A DNA stretch of 62,394 bases, counting the filler. It is 5 parts of 5 records of this genome, joined end to end, with 100 filler letters (N's around TTAATTAATTAA, not from the genome) between each part and the next. Parts side by side here need not be neighbours in the genome. Positions count along the whole stretch, not along the records: positions 30,143 to 47,685 come from SRR20825019_3050; positions 47,786 to 54,101 come from SRR20825019_3052; 3 more parts are not named here. One strand, 5' to 3'. The position numbers and the translations under genes were made by a program. Positions 42,952 through 52,321 of this stretch are shown piece by piece. The stretch's first letter is position 1, and every line of letters begins with the position of its first letter. Below the pieces are notes generated by a model. That model did not search any database, was not told the DNA's origin, and saw only the letters and a program-made list of their open reading frames with translations.

Positions 42952-45900
42952 ATGGCGGAGCATGATCCGAATGCGGTGATCGCCGAGGCTGACCGGGCCC
43001 AGCGCCGGGCTGCCGATCCCGCCGCCTCGGTCTGGGTTGCGGCGTCCGCCGGAACCGGCAAGACCAAGGTGCTGACGGACCGGGTGCTGAACCTGCTGCT
43101 GGCGGGTGCCGATCCGGGTCGCATCCTCTGCCTGACCTTCACCAAGGCGGCGGCGGCGGAGATGTCCGCGCGGATATCGGCGAAGCTCTCCGAGTGGGCC
43201 GTCATCGGTGAGACGGATCTCAGTGGCCAGCTCGATCGCTTGCTCGGACGGCAGCCGATGCAGGACCAGATCGCCCTTGCCCGGCGTCTGTTTGCCCGCA
43301 CGCTCGACACGCCGGGAGGCCTGAAGATCCAGACCATTCATGCTTTCTGCCAGGCCGTTCTGAAGCGCTTTCCGCTGGAAGCCGGCCTGCCGCCGCATTT
43401 CCAGGTAATGGACGACCGGACTGCCGCCGAACGCCTCTCGGATGCGCGGGACCGGGTTCTGAACAAAGCTTCGGCGGAGCCGGAAAGCCCGCTGGGCGAG
43501 GCGCTCCGCCTGATCAACCGGCGCTTTGCGGAAGAGACCTTCGACGGGCTGATCTCCGAACTGTTGATGGAACGCGCCCGGCTTGGCCGCTTCTTCGAAG
43601 GTATCGGTGGTCCGGGACAGATCACACCGGCCCTGCTTGCTCATCTTGATCTGCCTGCAGGGGAAAGCCGGGAGAGCGTTATGCGGGGTGCCGTGTCCGA
43701 CACGGCGTTCGATGCGGTTGGCCTGCGCCGCGCCATGGAGGCGCTTTCCGGCAGCAGCAAGACGGATGTGGACCGGGCGGAAAACCTCGCGACATTCCTG
43801 GCCGCAGACCCCGATACAAGGATCGATCTCTTCGAGAGTTACGGCTCGGTCTTCCTGACCGGTGACGGAGATATGCGTAAGCGGCTGGCCACGAAGAAAG
43901 CCGTCGAGACATTCGCCGATATCGAGACTGTTCTGGCGCGGGAGGCCGAACGCCTGATCGCTGTGCGCCAGTTGCTCAACACCATCGGACTGGCGGAACG
44001 GACGGCCGCCGTGCTGCGCATCGCTTCCGCCGTGCTCAAACAGTACGAAGGGGGAAAGCGGCGCGGGGCGCTGGTGGATTTCGAGGATCTTGTCGCGACC
44101 GTTTGCGAGCTGTTGCGCCGTCCCGGCGTCGCCGCCTGGGTGTTGTTCAAGCTCGATGGCGGGCTTGACCACATCCTGATCGACGAGGCGCAGGATACCA
44201 ACCCCGAACAATGGGACGTGGTCCGCGCCCTGACCGATGAATTCTTCTCCGGCGAAGGTGCTTTTGAGGAGGTGCGCGGCGCCGGTCGCAGCATCTTCGC
44301 GGTGGGCGACGTCAAACAGTCGATCTTCAGCTTCCAGCGGGCTGACCCGGAAGGCTTCCTGCGCATGCGCCGGCATTTCGCGGCGCGGGTTGAGACAGCC
44401 TCCAAGAGCTGGGCTTCGGTCGATCTCGAAGTGTCTTTCCGCTCCGGCGCCGCCGTGCTCGGGCTGGTCGACCGTCTGTTCAACAGCCGGCCTGCTGCCG
44501 AAGGCGTGCTGGAAGCCGATGGCGACGGCGAGTTTCTGTCGATTCGGCATGGCGTATCCCGCAGCGGCGATGCCAGCCTGGTGGAACTCTGGCCACCATT
44601 TGAGCCGGTGGAGAGCGAGGATGAAGGCGCCTGGGCCGTACCGGTCACCCAGCGCGGTCTCGATAACCCGGCCTCCCGCCTTGCCGGGGCCATTGCTGGA
44701 CGCATCCATCAGTGGATTGAGCGGGGCGAAATGCTGCCCTCCAAGGGCCGCCCGGTCGGGCCCGGCGACATCATGATCCTGGTCCGCCGCCGGGGCGGCT
44801 TCGTGCATGAAATGGTGCGTGCCCTGAAGGAACGCGATATCGACGTCGCCGGTGTCGACCGCATGGTTCTGAGCGACCAGATCGCCGTCATGGACCTGAT
44901 CGCGCTCGGGCGCTTTCTGCTGTTGCAGGACGATGATCTGACGCTGGCAACGGTGCTGAAAAGCCCGCTCATCGGACTTGATGAAGACGAGCTGTTCGAT
45001 CTCGCCCATGACCGCAAGGAACACCGGCTCTGGCGCGAGTTACGCCGCAGGGCGCCGGAAAATCCGTCCTTCGCACGGGCAGACCGGCTGCTGTCATCCT
45101 ATCTCGCCCGGACCGACACGACCCCGCCCTATGAACTCTTCGCCGGCATCCTGGCCGAGGGGGAGCCGAGCGGGCGGCGGCGTATTCTTGAACGGCTCGG
45201 CATCGAAGCCGCCGATCCACTGGATGAATTCCTGGCCCAGGCGCTGGAATATGAGCGTGGCCATGTCGCCTCCCTGCAGGGCTTTCTGCATTGGCTGGAA
45301 GCGTCAGAGAGCGACATCAAGCGCGATATGGAAGGTGGCGAGGGTGGCCGTGTCCGGGTGATGACCGTGCATGGCTCGAAAGGCTTGCAGGCGCCGATCG
45401 TTTTCATGCCGGACACCCTACAATTGCCGCGCGGCACCGCGAAAATCCTGTGGGGCGAGCGGGAGGACGGCGTGCCGGTGCCTCTCTGTGCGCCCGCCAA
45501 GCCGGAAGACGCGCCCGCCAGCACGGCGGCGAAGGAAGCGGCAGAGCGCAGGCGGAACGAGGAATATCGCCGGCTGCTTTATGTCGCCATGACCCGGGCG
45601 GAGGATCGGCTTTATGTCGGCGGCTGGGCGACAAAACAGCGGGCGCCGGAGGGTAATTGGTACGAGCTGATCCGGAACGCGCTGAGCGAGATGGCAACGC
45701 CGGTGGAAGATGCCGTGATCTCCGGTGCTGCCGGAAGTGATCTGCCGCTGCTGCGTTATGAGACGCCGCAGGAACGCGCTGTGGAGGCAAAGACGACGGA
45801 AGGCGCGCGGGCACCTGAGAAGCCTCCCCTGCCGCTCTGGGCTCTGGCACAGCCTGCGCCGGAGCCGGTGCCGCCGCGCCCGCTGATGCCATCCCGTCCG

Positions 45901-46473
45901 AGCGAGCAGGAACCGGCCACCCGCTCGCCGCTTTCCGCCGTGGATGAAGGGCGGTTCAAGCGTGGGCAGTTATTGCACCGGCTGCTTCAGGTGCTGCCTG
46001 ATCTTCCTGGCGAGCGTCGCCGGGAGGCGGGGCTGGCTTTTCTCGCGCGCCCTGTTCACGGCCTCGCTCCCGGGCTGGCAGAGCGTTATGTCGAAGAGAT
46101 CATGACTGTGCTGGAGCATCCGGACTGGGCCGGGCTTTTCGCGCCAGGCTCACGCGCGGAAGTGCCCATCGTCGGGCAGGTCGGAGCTGGCGGTGGCGAG
46201 GTGACAATCGTCTCGGGCCAGATCGACCGTTTGCTGGTCGAGGATGGCCGGGTGACGGTGGTAGACTTCAAGACGAACCGGCCGCCGCCGGAGCGGCTGG
46301 AGGATGTTCCGGTGATGTATCTGAAACAGATGGCGGCCTACCGGGCGCTGCTTGCCCGGATGTTTGAGGGGCGTGCGGTGCGGTGCCTTCTGCTCTGGAC
46401 GGACGGGCCGTTTCTGACCGATTTGCCGGGTGATTTGCTTGACGGATATGGCCCGGGCTCCGTCGCCGGGTGA
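42952..46473 (+). CDS. addA: Double-strand break repair helicase/nuclease AddA
   Basis: ASAGTGKT, LTFTKAAAAEM, IDEAQDT, VGDVKQSIFSFQ, MTVHGSKGL, YVAMTRA, GQIDRL...DFKT. Confidence 0.97.
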   Translation: MAEHDPNAVIAEADRAQRRAADPAASVWVAASAGTGKTKVLTDRVLNLLLAGADPGRILCLTFTKAAAAEMSARISAKLSEWAVIGETDLSGQLDRLLGRQPMQDQIALARRLFARTLDTPGGLKIQTIHAFCQAVLKRFPLEAGLPPHFQVMDDRTAAERLSDARDRVLNKASAEPESPLGEALRLINRRFAEETFDGLISELLMERARLGRFFEGIGGPGQITPALLAHLDLPAGESRESVMRGAVSDTAFDAVGLRRAMEALSGSSKTDVDRAENLATFLAADPDTRIDLFESYGSVFLTGDGDMRKRLATKKAVETFADIETVLAREAERLIAVRQLLNTIGLAERTAAVLRIASAVLKQYEGGKRRGALVDFEDLVATVCELLRRPGVAAWVLFKLDGGLDHILIDEAQDTNPEQWDVVRALTDEFFSGEGAFEEVRGAGRSIFAVGDVKQSIFSFQRADPEGFLRMRRHFAARVETASKSWASVDLEVSFRSGAAVLGLVDRLFNSRPAAEGVLEADGDGEFLSIRHGVSRSGDASLVELWPPFEPVESEDEGAWAVPVTQRGLDNPASRLAGAIAGRIHQWIERGEMLPSKGRPVGPGDIMILVRRRGGFVHEMVRALKERDIDVAGVDRMVLSDQIAVMDLIALGRFLLLQDDDLTLATVLKSPLIGLDEDELFDLAHDRKEHRLWRELRRRAPENPSFARADRLLSSYLARTDTTPPYELFAGILAEGEPSGRRRILERLGIEAADPLDEFLAQALEYERGHVASLQGFLHWLEASESDIKRDMEGGEGGRVRVMTVHGSKGLQAPIVFMPDTLQLPRGTAKILWGEREDGVPVPLCAPAKPEDAPASTAAKEAAERRRNEEYRRLLYVAMTRAEDRLYVGGWATKQRAPEGNWYELIRNALSEMATPVEDAVISGAAGSDLPLLRYETPQERAVEAKTTEGARAPEKPPLPLWALAQPAPEPVPPRPLMPSRPSEQEPATRSPLSAVDEGRFKRGQLLHRLLQVLPDLPGERRREAGLAFLARPVHGLAPGLAERYVEEIMTVLEHPDWAGLFAPGSRAEVPIVGQVGAGGGEVTIVSGQIDRLLVEDGRVTVVDFKTNRPPPERLEDVPVMYLKQMAAYRALLARMFEGRAVRCLLLWTDGPFLTDLPGDLLDGYGPGSVAG

Positions 46474-46609
46474 GGCGGCCTTTGATTTCATTCCGGAAAT
46501 TTGAACGCGGTACCCGTTGCCTTGACGCGGGGGTTCCGGCTTCCTAGATTCATTGTCCATGCGAGGGCGCGAACCCGGCATGCGAGATTTGTCAAACGAG
46601 GATTGCCCC

Positions 46610-46930
46610 ATGTCGACGGTTACAGTTACCGACTCCAGCTTTTCCGACAGCGTTCTGAATTCCGACAAACCGGTTCTGGTCGATTTCTGGGCCGAATGGT
46701 GCGGCCCCTGTAAAGCCATTGCTCCGGCGCTTGAGGAAATGGCGCAGTCGATGGGTGAGCGGGTCACCGTCGCCAAGATCAATATCGATGAGAATCCGCA
46801 GATCCCGCAGCAATATGGTGTCCGGGGTATCCCGACATTGATGCTGTTCAAGGAAGGTCAGGTTGCCGCGACCAAGATGGGAGCGATGCCGAAGGCGCAG
46901 CTCCAGCAGTGGATCGACGAAGCACTCTGA
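46610..46930 (+). CDS. trxA: Thioredoxin
   Basis: VDFWAEWCGPCK, GIPTL. RBS GAGGA. Confidence 0.97.
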   Translation: MSTVTVTDSSFSDSVLNSDKPVLVDFWAEWCGPCKAIAPALEEMAQSMGERVTVAKINIDENPQIPQQYGVRGIPTLMLFKEGQVAATKMGAMPKAQLQQWIDEAL

Positions 46931-46957
46931 CAGCAGAAAAATCACTTGAATTAAGGG

Positions 46958-46987
46958 AACGGGTGCCTGCTTGGCACCCGTTTTTTT
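46958..46987 (+). terminator. Rho-independent terminator of trxA
   Basis: AACGGGTGCC-tgctt-GGCACCCGTT followed by a T-tract. Confidence 0.9.
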
Positions 46988-47021
46988 ATGCCGGGCCACT
47001 TTTGTACCAGCAGGAGAACGG

Positions 47022-47567
47022 TCAGGTTTTCTTCCGGTCACCAAAGACAGAGAAGCTGCCGACCTGCTTTACCGGTGTGTTCTGTTCAACGACGACAATC
47101 AGCAGGATGAACTGGTCGATCAGTGTTCCGTCCGAGCTGTATGGCAAGATAATCCGGTCATAGCGCAGGGCGCTGCCATCGTCGCCGATCGGGTAAACCC
47201 GCTGGGAGAAATGAGGCCGCCTGGATGAGGCGATGTCCAGATAGGTCTGCATCGCAGTCTCAAGATACGTACCCTGATAGAGCTCTTCGAAACTCTTTCC
47301 GGTGGGGTCGCGCCCGGCGCGCCGGGCAATCTCGGTGCCCGCAAGCCTGTACCGAAAAGTCTCTTTCCCGACCTCTCCAGAGCATTCGATAATGGCCATT
47401 CTGGACATGGAACGATGAAATTCGAGCGGATCGAACGTGCTGCGTAGCGGTACAGCTTCTCCCCGCCGGTTCTCCATCCAATGGGAAAACAGCGCGCGAT
47501 GCTCAGGATGATCGAGCGTCGCTGCATCGGCGACGACGCCTCCATAATCTCTATTTTCCAGGTTCAT
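47022..47567 (-). CDS. Stand-alone PAS_5 (DUF1457)-like protein
   Basis: LFSHW...PLRSTFDP...FRYRLAGTEI...GRDPTGK...YDRIILP. Confidence 0.8.
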   Translation of the reverse strand: MNLENRDYGGVVADAATLDHPEHRALFSHWMENRRGEAVPLRSTFDPLEFHRSMSRMAIIECSGEVGKETFRYRLAGTEIARRAGRDPTGKSFEELYQGTYLETAMQTYLDIASSRRPHFSQRVYPIGDDGSALRYDRIILPYSSDGTLIDQFILLIVVVEQNTPVKQVGSFSVFGDRKKT

Positions 47568-47685
47568 GTATGGTTTTGAAAGTTAACCCAAAAGGTTTTC
47601 AATGATGAATAAGGTTAGTGATGAGTTCGGGAAAATCAAGTTTACAGATGTTTTGTCTGTAAATAATGAATATTAAATAGTTGCG

Positions 47686-47785
47686 NNNNNNNNNNNNNNN
47701 NNNNNNNNNNNNNNNNNNNNNNNNNNNNNTTAATTAATTAANNNNNNNNNNNNNNNNNNNNNNNNNNNNNNNNNNNNNNNNNNNN
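47686..47785. other. Artificial contig linker
   Basis: N-run/TTAATTAATTAA/N-run. Confidence 0.98.
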
Positions 47786-47786
47786 C

Positions 47787-47993
47787 ACCATTCATGAATT
47801 GCTGATCACGCTGTTTATCTTCCTGACAGCGCCGATCACGGCAAACCTGATTGCCAAGGCCTATATGCTGCTGAATGTTGATCCGAATACGGAACTGCCA
47901 CCCAGCAAGCAGAATGAAGGTTGGGCAACATTTGATCCAATCGGGCCTGAGGGCTATGACCCCAGCGAAGAATATAAGGAAAAGGAATCCTGA
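47787..47993 (+). CDS. mnhG: Na+(K+)/H+ antiporter subunit G (5' truncated)
   Basis: IHELLITLFIFLTAPITANLIAKA. Confidence 0.8.
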   Translation, partial: TIHELLITLFIFLTAPITANLIAKAYMLLNVDPNTELPPSKQNEGWATFDPIGPEGYDPSEEYKEKES

Positions 47994-48017
47994 TCCTTTG
48001 GATGGTTTTCCGATATC

Positions 48018-48048
48018 AAAACGGCACCGGTTTTCCGGTGCCGTTTTT
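48018..48048 (+). terminator. Rho-independent (bidirectional-type) terminator
   Basis: AAAACGGCACCGG-tttt-CCGGTGCCGTTTTT. Confidence 0.9.
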
Positions 48049-48101
48049 GTTAGGATAGAAATCAGCCAGTTTACTCAGCCATTCTATGTCGGGTCTTGGT
48101 C

Positions 48102-48626
48102 ATGAATTTTGAAACAGAACGCCTGATCTTACGTCCACGCACGATGGATGATTTGGACGCCTGTCTGGCAATGGACAAAGCACCGGGCGTGGTCGATTTC
48201 ATCGTCGGACCATGGCAAGACCCAAACGCGCATGAAGCCTTTGTCAAAGCGCGGATCAACCAGGATTACGGTGTCGGACTAGGTTATTGGTCGATCTTTG
48301 CCAAACAGGCCGCTGATCATTTCATCGGCTGGATCCTTTTGATTCCGGAAGATGGCGTTGGCCCGGATATTGAAATTGGCTGGCGGTTGCATCCTGATCA
48401 CTGGGGGAAAGGTTTCGCATTTGAAGCCGCCCGTGCTCTGCTCGATCATGCCTTTGCCCATATGGAGCTTCCTTGCATTATTGCTGCGATTGATCCGCGC
48501 AATGAACCGTCAAAGAAACTTGCCGAACGTCTTGGAATGGTGTGCCACGAAAGCCGGGATGGTTACGCCTTTTATCAAATGACCGGCGATGACTATGAGC
48601 GGATTTGGGGGAACGGGGCAAAGTGA
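48102..48626 (+). CDS. GNAT (RimJ/RimL) N-acetyltransferase
   Basis: ETERLILRP, EIGWRL...WGKGFAFEAA, NEPSKKLAERLG. Confidence 0.9.
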   Translation: MNFETERLILRPRTMDDLDACLAMDKAPGVVDFIVGPWQDPNAHEAFVKARINQDYGVGLGYWSIFAKQAADHFIGWILLIPEDGVGPDIEIGWRLHPDHWGKGFAFEAARALLDHAFAHMELPCIIAAIDPRNEPSKKLAERLGMVCHESRDGYAFYQMTGDDYERIWGNGAK

Positions 48627-48698
48627 TATTGATTGCGCCATTGTCTGGCACAGGCGCGCTTGCTATGACGATGGGAAGAGGGAGAAAGAGCTAAGTCC

Positions 48699-49328
48699 AT
48701 GCCAGATTTCACCATCGAAGATCAGTATCACGGACGCATTGCCGGGATCGACGAGGTTGGCCGTGGACCGCTTGCCGGGCCCGTGGTTGCCGCCGCCGTT
48801 ATTTTGCCGCGCGATGACCGATTGCCATCGATATTACTGGCGGAGCTTAACGATTCCAAAAAGCTGTCAGCGAAAAAACGCGACCGCCTTTTTGACGTGA
48901 TCATGGGCTGTGCCGAGGTTGGAATTGGTGCGGCATCTGTGCGTGAAATTGATCAGATCAACATTTTACAGGCAACATATGTTGCCATGCGCCGGGCGGT
49001 TGATCGATTGGCACGCGTTCCTGATCAGGCCTTGGTCGATGGAAATCGTGATCCGGGTTTGCCATGTGCTGTACAAACGGTGGTGAAGGGCGATAGCAAA
49101 TCGCTTTCAATTGCGGCGGCTTCCATCGTTGCCAAGGTTGTTCGGGACCGCGCCATGTCACGGTTGGCCGTGCGCTATCCCTTCTTTGATTGGGAAGGCA
49201 ATGCGGGCTATGGGGTTAAAAAGCACATGGCCGGTCTTGGCGAAGTTGGGCCAACCCCGCATCACCGCAAAAGCTTTAAGCCGATAGCAGAATTGTTTGC
49301 CGCGATGATGGATGGGCGTCAGGCCTAG
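48699..49328 (+). CDS. rnhB: Ribonuclease HII
   Basis: GIDEVGRGPLAGPV, DSKKL, NILQAT, KGD...SIAAASIVAKV. Confidence 0.97.
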   Translation: MPDFTIEDQYHGRIAGIDEVGRGPLAGPVVAAAVILPRDDRLPSILLAELNDSKKLSAKKRDRLFDVIMGCAEVGIGAASVREIDQINILQATYVAMRRAVDRLARVPDQALVDGNRDPGLPCAVQTVVKGDSKSLSIAAASIVAKVVRDRAMSRLAVRYPFFDWEGNAGYGVKKHMAGLGEVGPTPHHRKSFKPIAELFAAMMDGRQA

Positions 49329-49333
49329 TTCGC

Positions 49334-50116
49334 TTAAGCAAGTGCAATCGGGTTGCGTGGTTCGATATGTGCACGCACCAAATCAGTCCCGTCTTCTTCC
49401 CGCGTTATCGCTGCAAAGCCATTGATATGACGGATTTCAACCCGTTCATGAACCCGGCATTCGGTACGGAACTGGATATCGAGACTGTCGGGATGGAAAT
49501 CGGGTCGGTTGTCGGGGCCGGCAACCCCAAGAACCCACTGCATCAGCCGGACATTATTGACATGCCCATACAGATCAAGATCGGATGGCCGTGCCTTTAT
49601 CGTGTCGCAGGCAGGCAAGGGATCGTTGGTAAAAGCAGGACGCAACGGTGGTTCAATCAATTTTGGTCCCGGTGGGTTGGGCAGGCGTTCTGAAATCCAG
49701 TCAGGCCATTGGGACGCACGGCGTTCACGCAGATCAAACATCACCCAATAGCTTTGCGCCACACCAATGACATCTCCCTTGCTGTTGGTCAGGCGGAAAT
49801 CACGGGTGGCAACCCGGCGGGATACGCCCGATGGCCATGTTTCAACCAGAATGTCTTCACCGTTTCCGGGGTAATCCCGAATATGAATGACCATCCGCGC
49901 CAATACCCACGCAATCCCCTGATCAACCGTGTCGTCATAGGCCAGTTTCAGGATGCGTGCGCCCCAACCCGCCGCATCCTGCATATAATCGGCAAGGGCG
50001 GGCAGCATGACTTTGCCATTGTCACCGATCTCGGAATAGCGCACGCGATAGGTTCCCTTCCAACCGCAATTGGTCGGAAGTTCTGCTGTGGCGATATGGT
50101 TCCAGTCAATGGTCAT
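49334..50116 (-). CDS. Acyl-ACP thioesterase (double hot-dog)
   Basis: YMQDAA, WVLARM, VETWP, DLDLYGHVNN. Confidence 0.88.
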   Translation of the reverse strand: MTIDWNHIATAELPTNCGWKGTYRVRYSEIGDNGKVMLPALADYMQDAAGWGARILKLAYDDTVDQGIAWVLARMVIHIRDYPGNGEDILVETWPSGVSRRVATRDFRLTNSKGDVIGVAQSYWVMFDLRERRASQWPDWISERLPNPPGPKLIEPPLRPAFTNDPLPACDTIKARPSDLDLYGHVNNVRLMQWVLGVAGPDNRPDFHPDSLDIQFRTECRVHERVEIRHINGFAAITREEDGTDLVRAHIEPRNPIALA

Positions 50117-50285
50117 AAGGGTGCCTTGTGGGTTGATCGGTCTTTGCCGTTCGGCGTTTGTGTTTGGGTGCTTCTTGGTGCGTTAGATATTCATAGATCG
50201 ATTATGTTCGTTCAATATGATTGACGTGCTAATCTAATCGTCATGCCGACTTTGGGGTGAATAAAAGCCGGAGTGACGGGGGATC

Positions 50286-50879
50286 ATGACAACGCGAACA
50301 TACACCAAAACCAAACGTGCGACCAAGGAACAGGAAACGCATCAAAAGATCATTGATGCGGCCATTGGATTATATGGTTCAGTTGGACCGGCAGGGACCA
50401 CGATCAGCGCCGTTGCCACAAATGCATCCGTACAGCGGTTGACGGTGTATCGTCATTTTCCCAAAGAAGCTGATCTTATAGCCGGCGCGTTGGCCGAATG
50501 GTTTGAGGCTAACCCGATGCCGGGGCCAAGTGATTGGCGCGATGAAGTCAGCATGGAAAACTGGCCCATCGCGATACTCAGCATGCTGTATGGTTATTAC
50601 AGTGAAACAAGCGTGCTCTGGCGGGGATTGTTGGCGGATCGTGGTAAATTTGATGAGTTGGATAAGTTTCTGGATTTGGCGGATGCGCATTTGACGGCGA
50701 TGCAAGACGATATGACGCGGTCCTTGCCAACGGCGCGGCGTAACAATGCGCTGTGCCAAGCTGTGGTGCGCCATTCCGTGCAATTTTCCACCTGGCAGAG
50801 TTTTTCAGACAGTCAACTTGATACCGTTGAAATTGCCGCCTTGATGGAAGACTGGGTGCAAAAATGCCCGCTTGGTTAG
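50286..50879 (+). CDS. TetR/AcrR family regulator
   Basis: TTISAVATNASVQRLTVYRHFP. Confidence 0.88.
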   Translation: MTTRTYTKTKRATKEQETHQKIIDAAIGLYGSVGPAGTTISAVATNASVQRLTVYRHFPKEADLIAGALAEWFEANPMPGPSDWRDEVSMENWPIAILSMLYGYYSETSVLWRGLLADRGKFDELDKFLDLADAHLTAMQDDMTRSLPTARRNNALCQAVVRHSVQFSTWQSFSDSQLDTVEIAALMEDWVQKCPLG

Positions 50880-50912
50880 GTCGGTAGCGGGTTGATCACA
50901 ATGGACTGCCCA

Positions 50913-51326
50913 TTAGATCGGTTTTTGACGCATCTTTTTTGTGTCGCCGCGCTTTTTCTTGGAATCAACGCGTTTGCGTTTGGCCGACAGGCTGGGGCGG
51001 GTTTTAACCCGGTATTTCTTACGCTCTGCCGCCTTGCGTAGCAGAGCCATAAGACGTTCGATGGCGTCCTGTTTGTTGCGTTCCTGGGTGCGGTGGCGTT
51101 GGGCGTCAAAAATGATCTCGCCGTCATTGGTCAATTTACTGCCCGACAGTTCCCGCAGCCGGTTGCGCACACGTAAAGGCAGCTCCGTCAGATCGTCAAT
51201 TCGGACACGCATCTGGACGGCACTGGACACCTTGTTTACATTTTGACCACCCGGACCGGATGCGCGGACGAACTGAAAGTTCAGGTGGCGTTCATCCAGA
51301 TAAAGGCCGTTTTCGATCTCAAGCAT
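50913..51326 (-). CDS. arfB: Alternative ribosome rescue peptidyl-tRNA hydrolase
   Basis: RASGPGGQNVNKVSSAV, RTQERN, basic C-tail. Confidence 0.95.
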   Translation of the reverse strand: MLEIENGLYLDERHLNFQFVRASGPGGQNVNKVSSAVQMRVRIDDLTELPLRVRNRLRELSGSKLTNDGEIIFDAQRHRTQERNKQDAIERLMALLRKAAERKKYRVKTRPSLSAKRKRVDSKKKRGDTKKMRQKPI

Positions 51327-51477
51327 GAGCAACCGCGAAGAGTTTCAGGATGTTATGGGCTGGGTAAGATAGCTGAGCATAATGGTCGGCTATTGATTGA
51401 ATTTCGAAATGTCTGCGCCTACATTACAGGCGTCTAACCTGTCAGGGGCGGGACGAGCTGTAAACAGGAAATCAACG

Positions 51478-51879
51478 GTGCGCTTTTCGCATATTTATCT
51501 TGTCCTTGGATGGCTTTCTGTCGGGCTTGGTGTTGTCGGTATTTTCTTACCACTTCTGCCAACAACGCCCTTTATGTTGCTGGCAGCCTGGTTGTTTGCC
51601 AAAGGATCGCCAAGACTGCATGACTGGATTTGCAATCACCCGCAGTTTGGCGCATCCATTCGCCAATGGAATGACCATGGTGTGATCAACCGCCGCGCCA
51701 AAATTTTGGCAATGCTGGCATTTTTGGTAGTGATTACAGCATCACTGGTCTTTGTCGAAAACCGTTGGGTCGTCATGATCCAGCTGTTGGTCGCAATCCC
51801 GGTAAGCTGTTTTATTCTGTCGCGCCCATCCGTTGCCCGTTTGCCCAAAGTTACGGCTTCTGTAAGTTCCAAGCAGTAA
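51478..51879 (+). CDS. ybaN: YbaN (DUF454) inner-membrane protein
   Basis: GIFLPLLPTTPFMLLAAWLFAKGSPR. Start uncertain; the ORF runs from 51397. Confidence 0.85.
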   Translation: MRFSHIYLVLGWLSVGLGVVGIFLPLLPTTPFMLLAAWLFAKGSPRLHDWICNHPQFGASIRQWNDHGVINRRAKILAMLAFLVVITASLVFVENRWVVMIQLLVAIPVSCFILSRPSVARLPKVTASVSSKQ

Positions 51880-51899
51880 CCGGTTCGGGATTGGGTGAG

Positions 51900-52283
51900 T
51901 CACCCGGTCTTTTTGCGACCCAGTTCGCTTTGACAGGTTTCTTCCAGCTTATCGAGTTCATCAAGTGTCGCGTCAATGTCTTCGCGCTGTTTGCGCAGAG
52001 TATCGCGGCGTTCATTGATTTTATCGACAAGGGTGGTCAACTGGGTGATTTCGCTGCGATCGCCATCATAAAGATCAAGCAGATCGTGAATTTCCTTTAA
52101 TGAAAAGCCCAGACGTTTGCCGCGCATGATCAGGCGCAAACGCACCCGATCGCGTTGGCTATAGATACGGGTCTGGCCCTGCCGATCAGGGGAAATTAAT
52201 TCCTGATCTTCGTAAAACCGGATGGTTCGGGTCGTGACTTCGAACTCGCGGGCAAGGTCGGTGATAGAGTAGCTGTCATTCAT
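51900..52283 (-). CDS. liuR: MerR family regulator, LiuR-like
   Basis: YSITDLAREFEVTTRTIRFYED, RLRLIMRGKRLGFSLKEI. LiuR box upstream. Confidence 0.8.
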   Translation of the reverse strand: MNDSYSITDLAREFEVTTRTIRFYEDQELISPDRQGQTRIYSQRDRVRLRLIMRGKRLGFSLKEIHDLLDLYDGDRSEITQLTTLVDKINERRDTLRKQREDIDATLDELDKLEETCQSELGRKKTG

Positions 52284-52298
52284 GGTGGCACAATCATC

Positions 52299-52314
52299 TT
52301 TACGCTTACGTAAA
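52299..52314. promoter_or_regulatory. LiuR operator
   Basis: TTTACGCTTACGTAAA versus consensus TTTACGTwwACGTAAA, 16 bp upstream of the ATG. Confidence 0.75.
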
Positions 52315-52321
52315 CTGAAAG

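Noticed and set aside
40777..45024. 1415-aa minus-strand ORF (also 30087-31787, 35289-36707, 37855-39018)
   Set aside because: Antisense shadows of addB/addA, tgt/queG, divL and amgK caused by high-GC codon bias; no recognisable motifs.
47570..47620. Full CtrA box upstream of the second PAS gene
   Set aside because: Only a TTAACC half-site; no second TTAA at 7-nt spacing.
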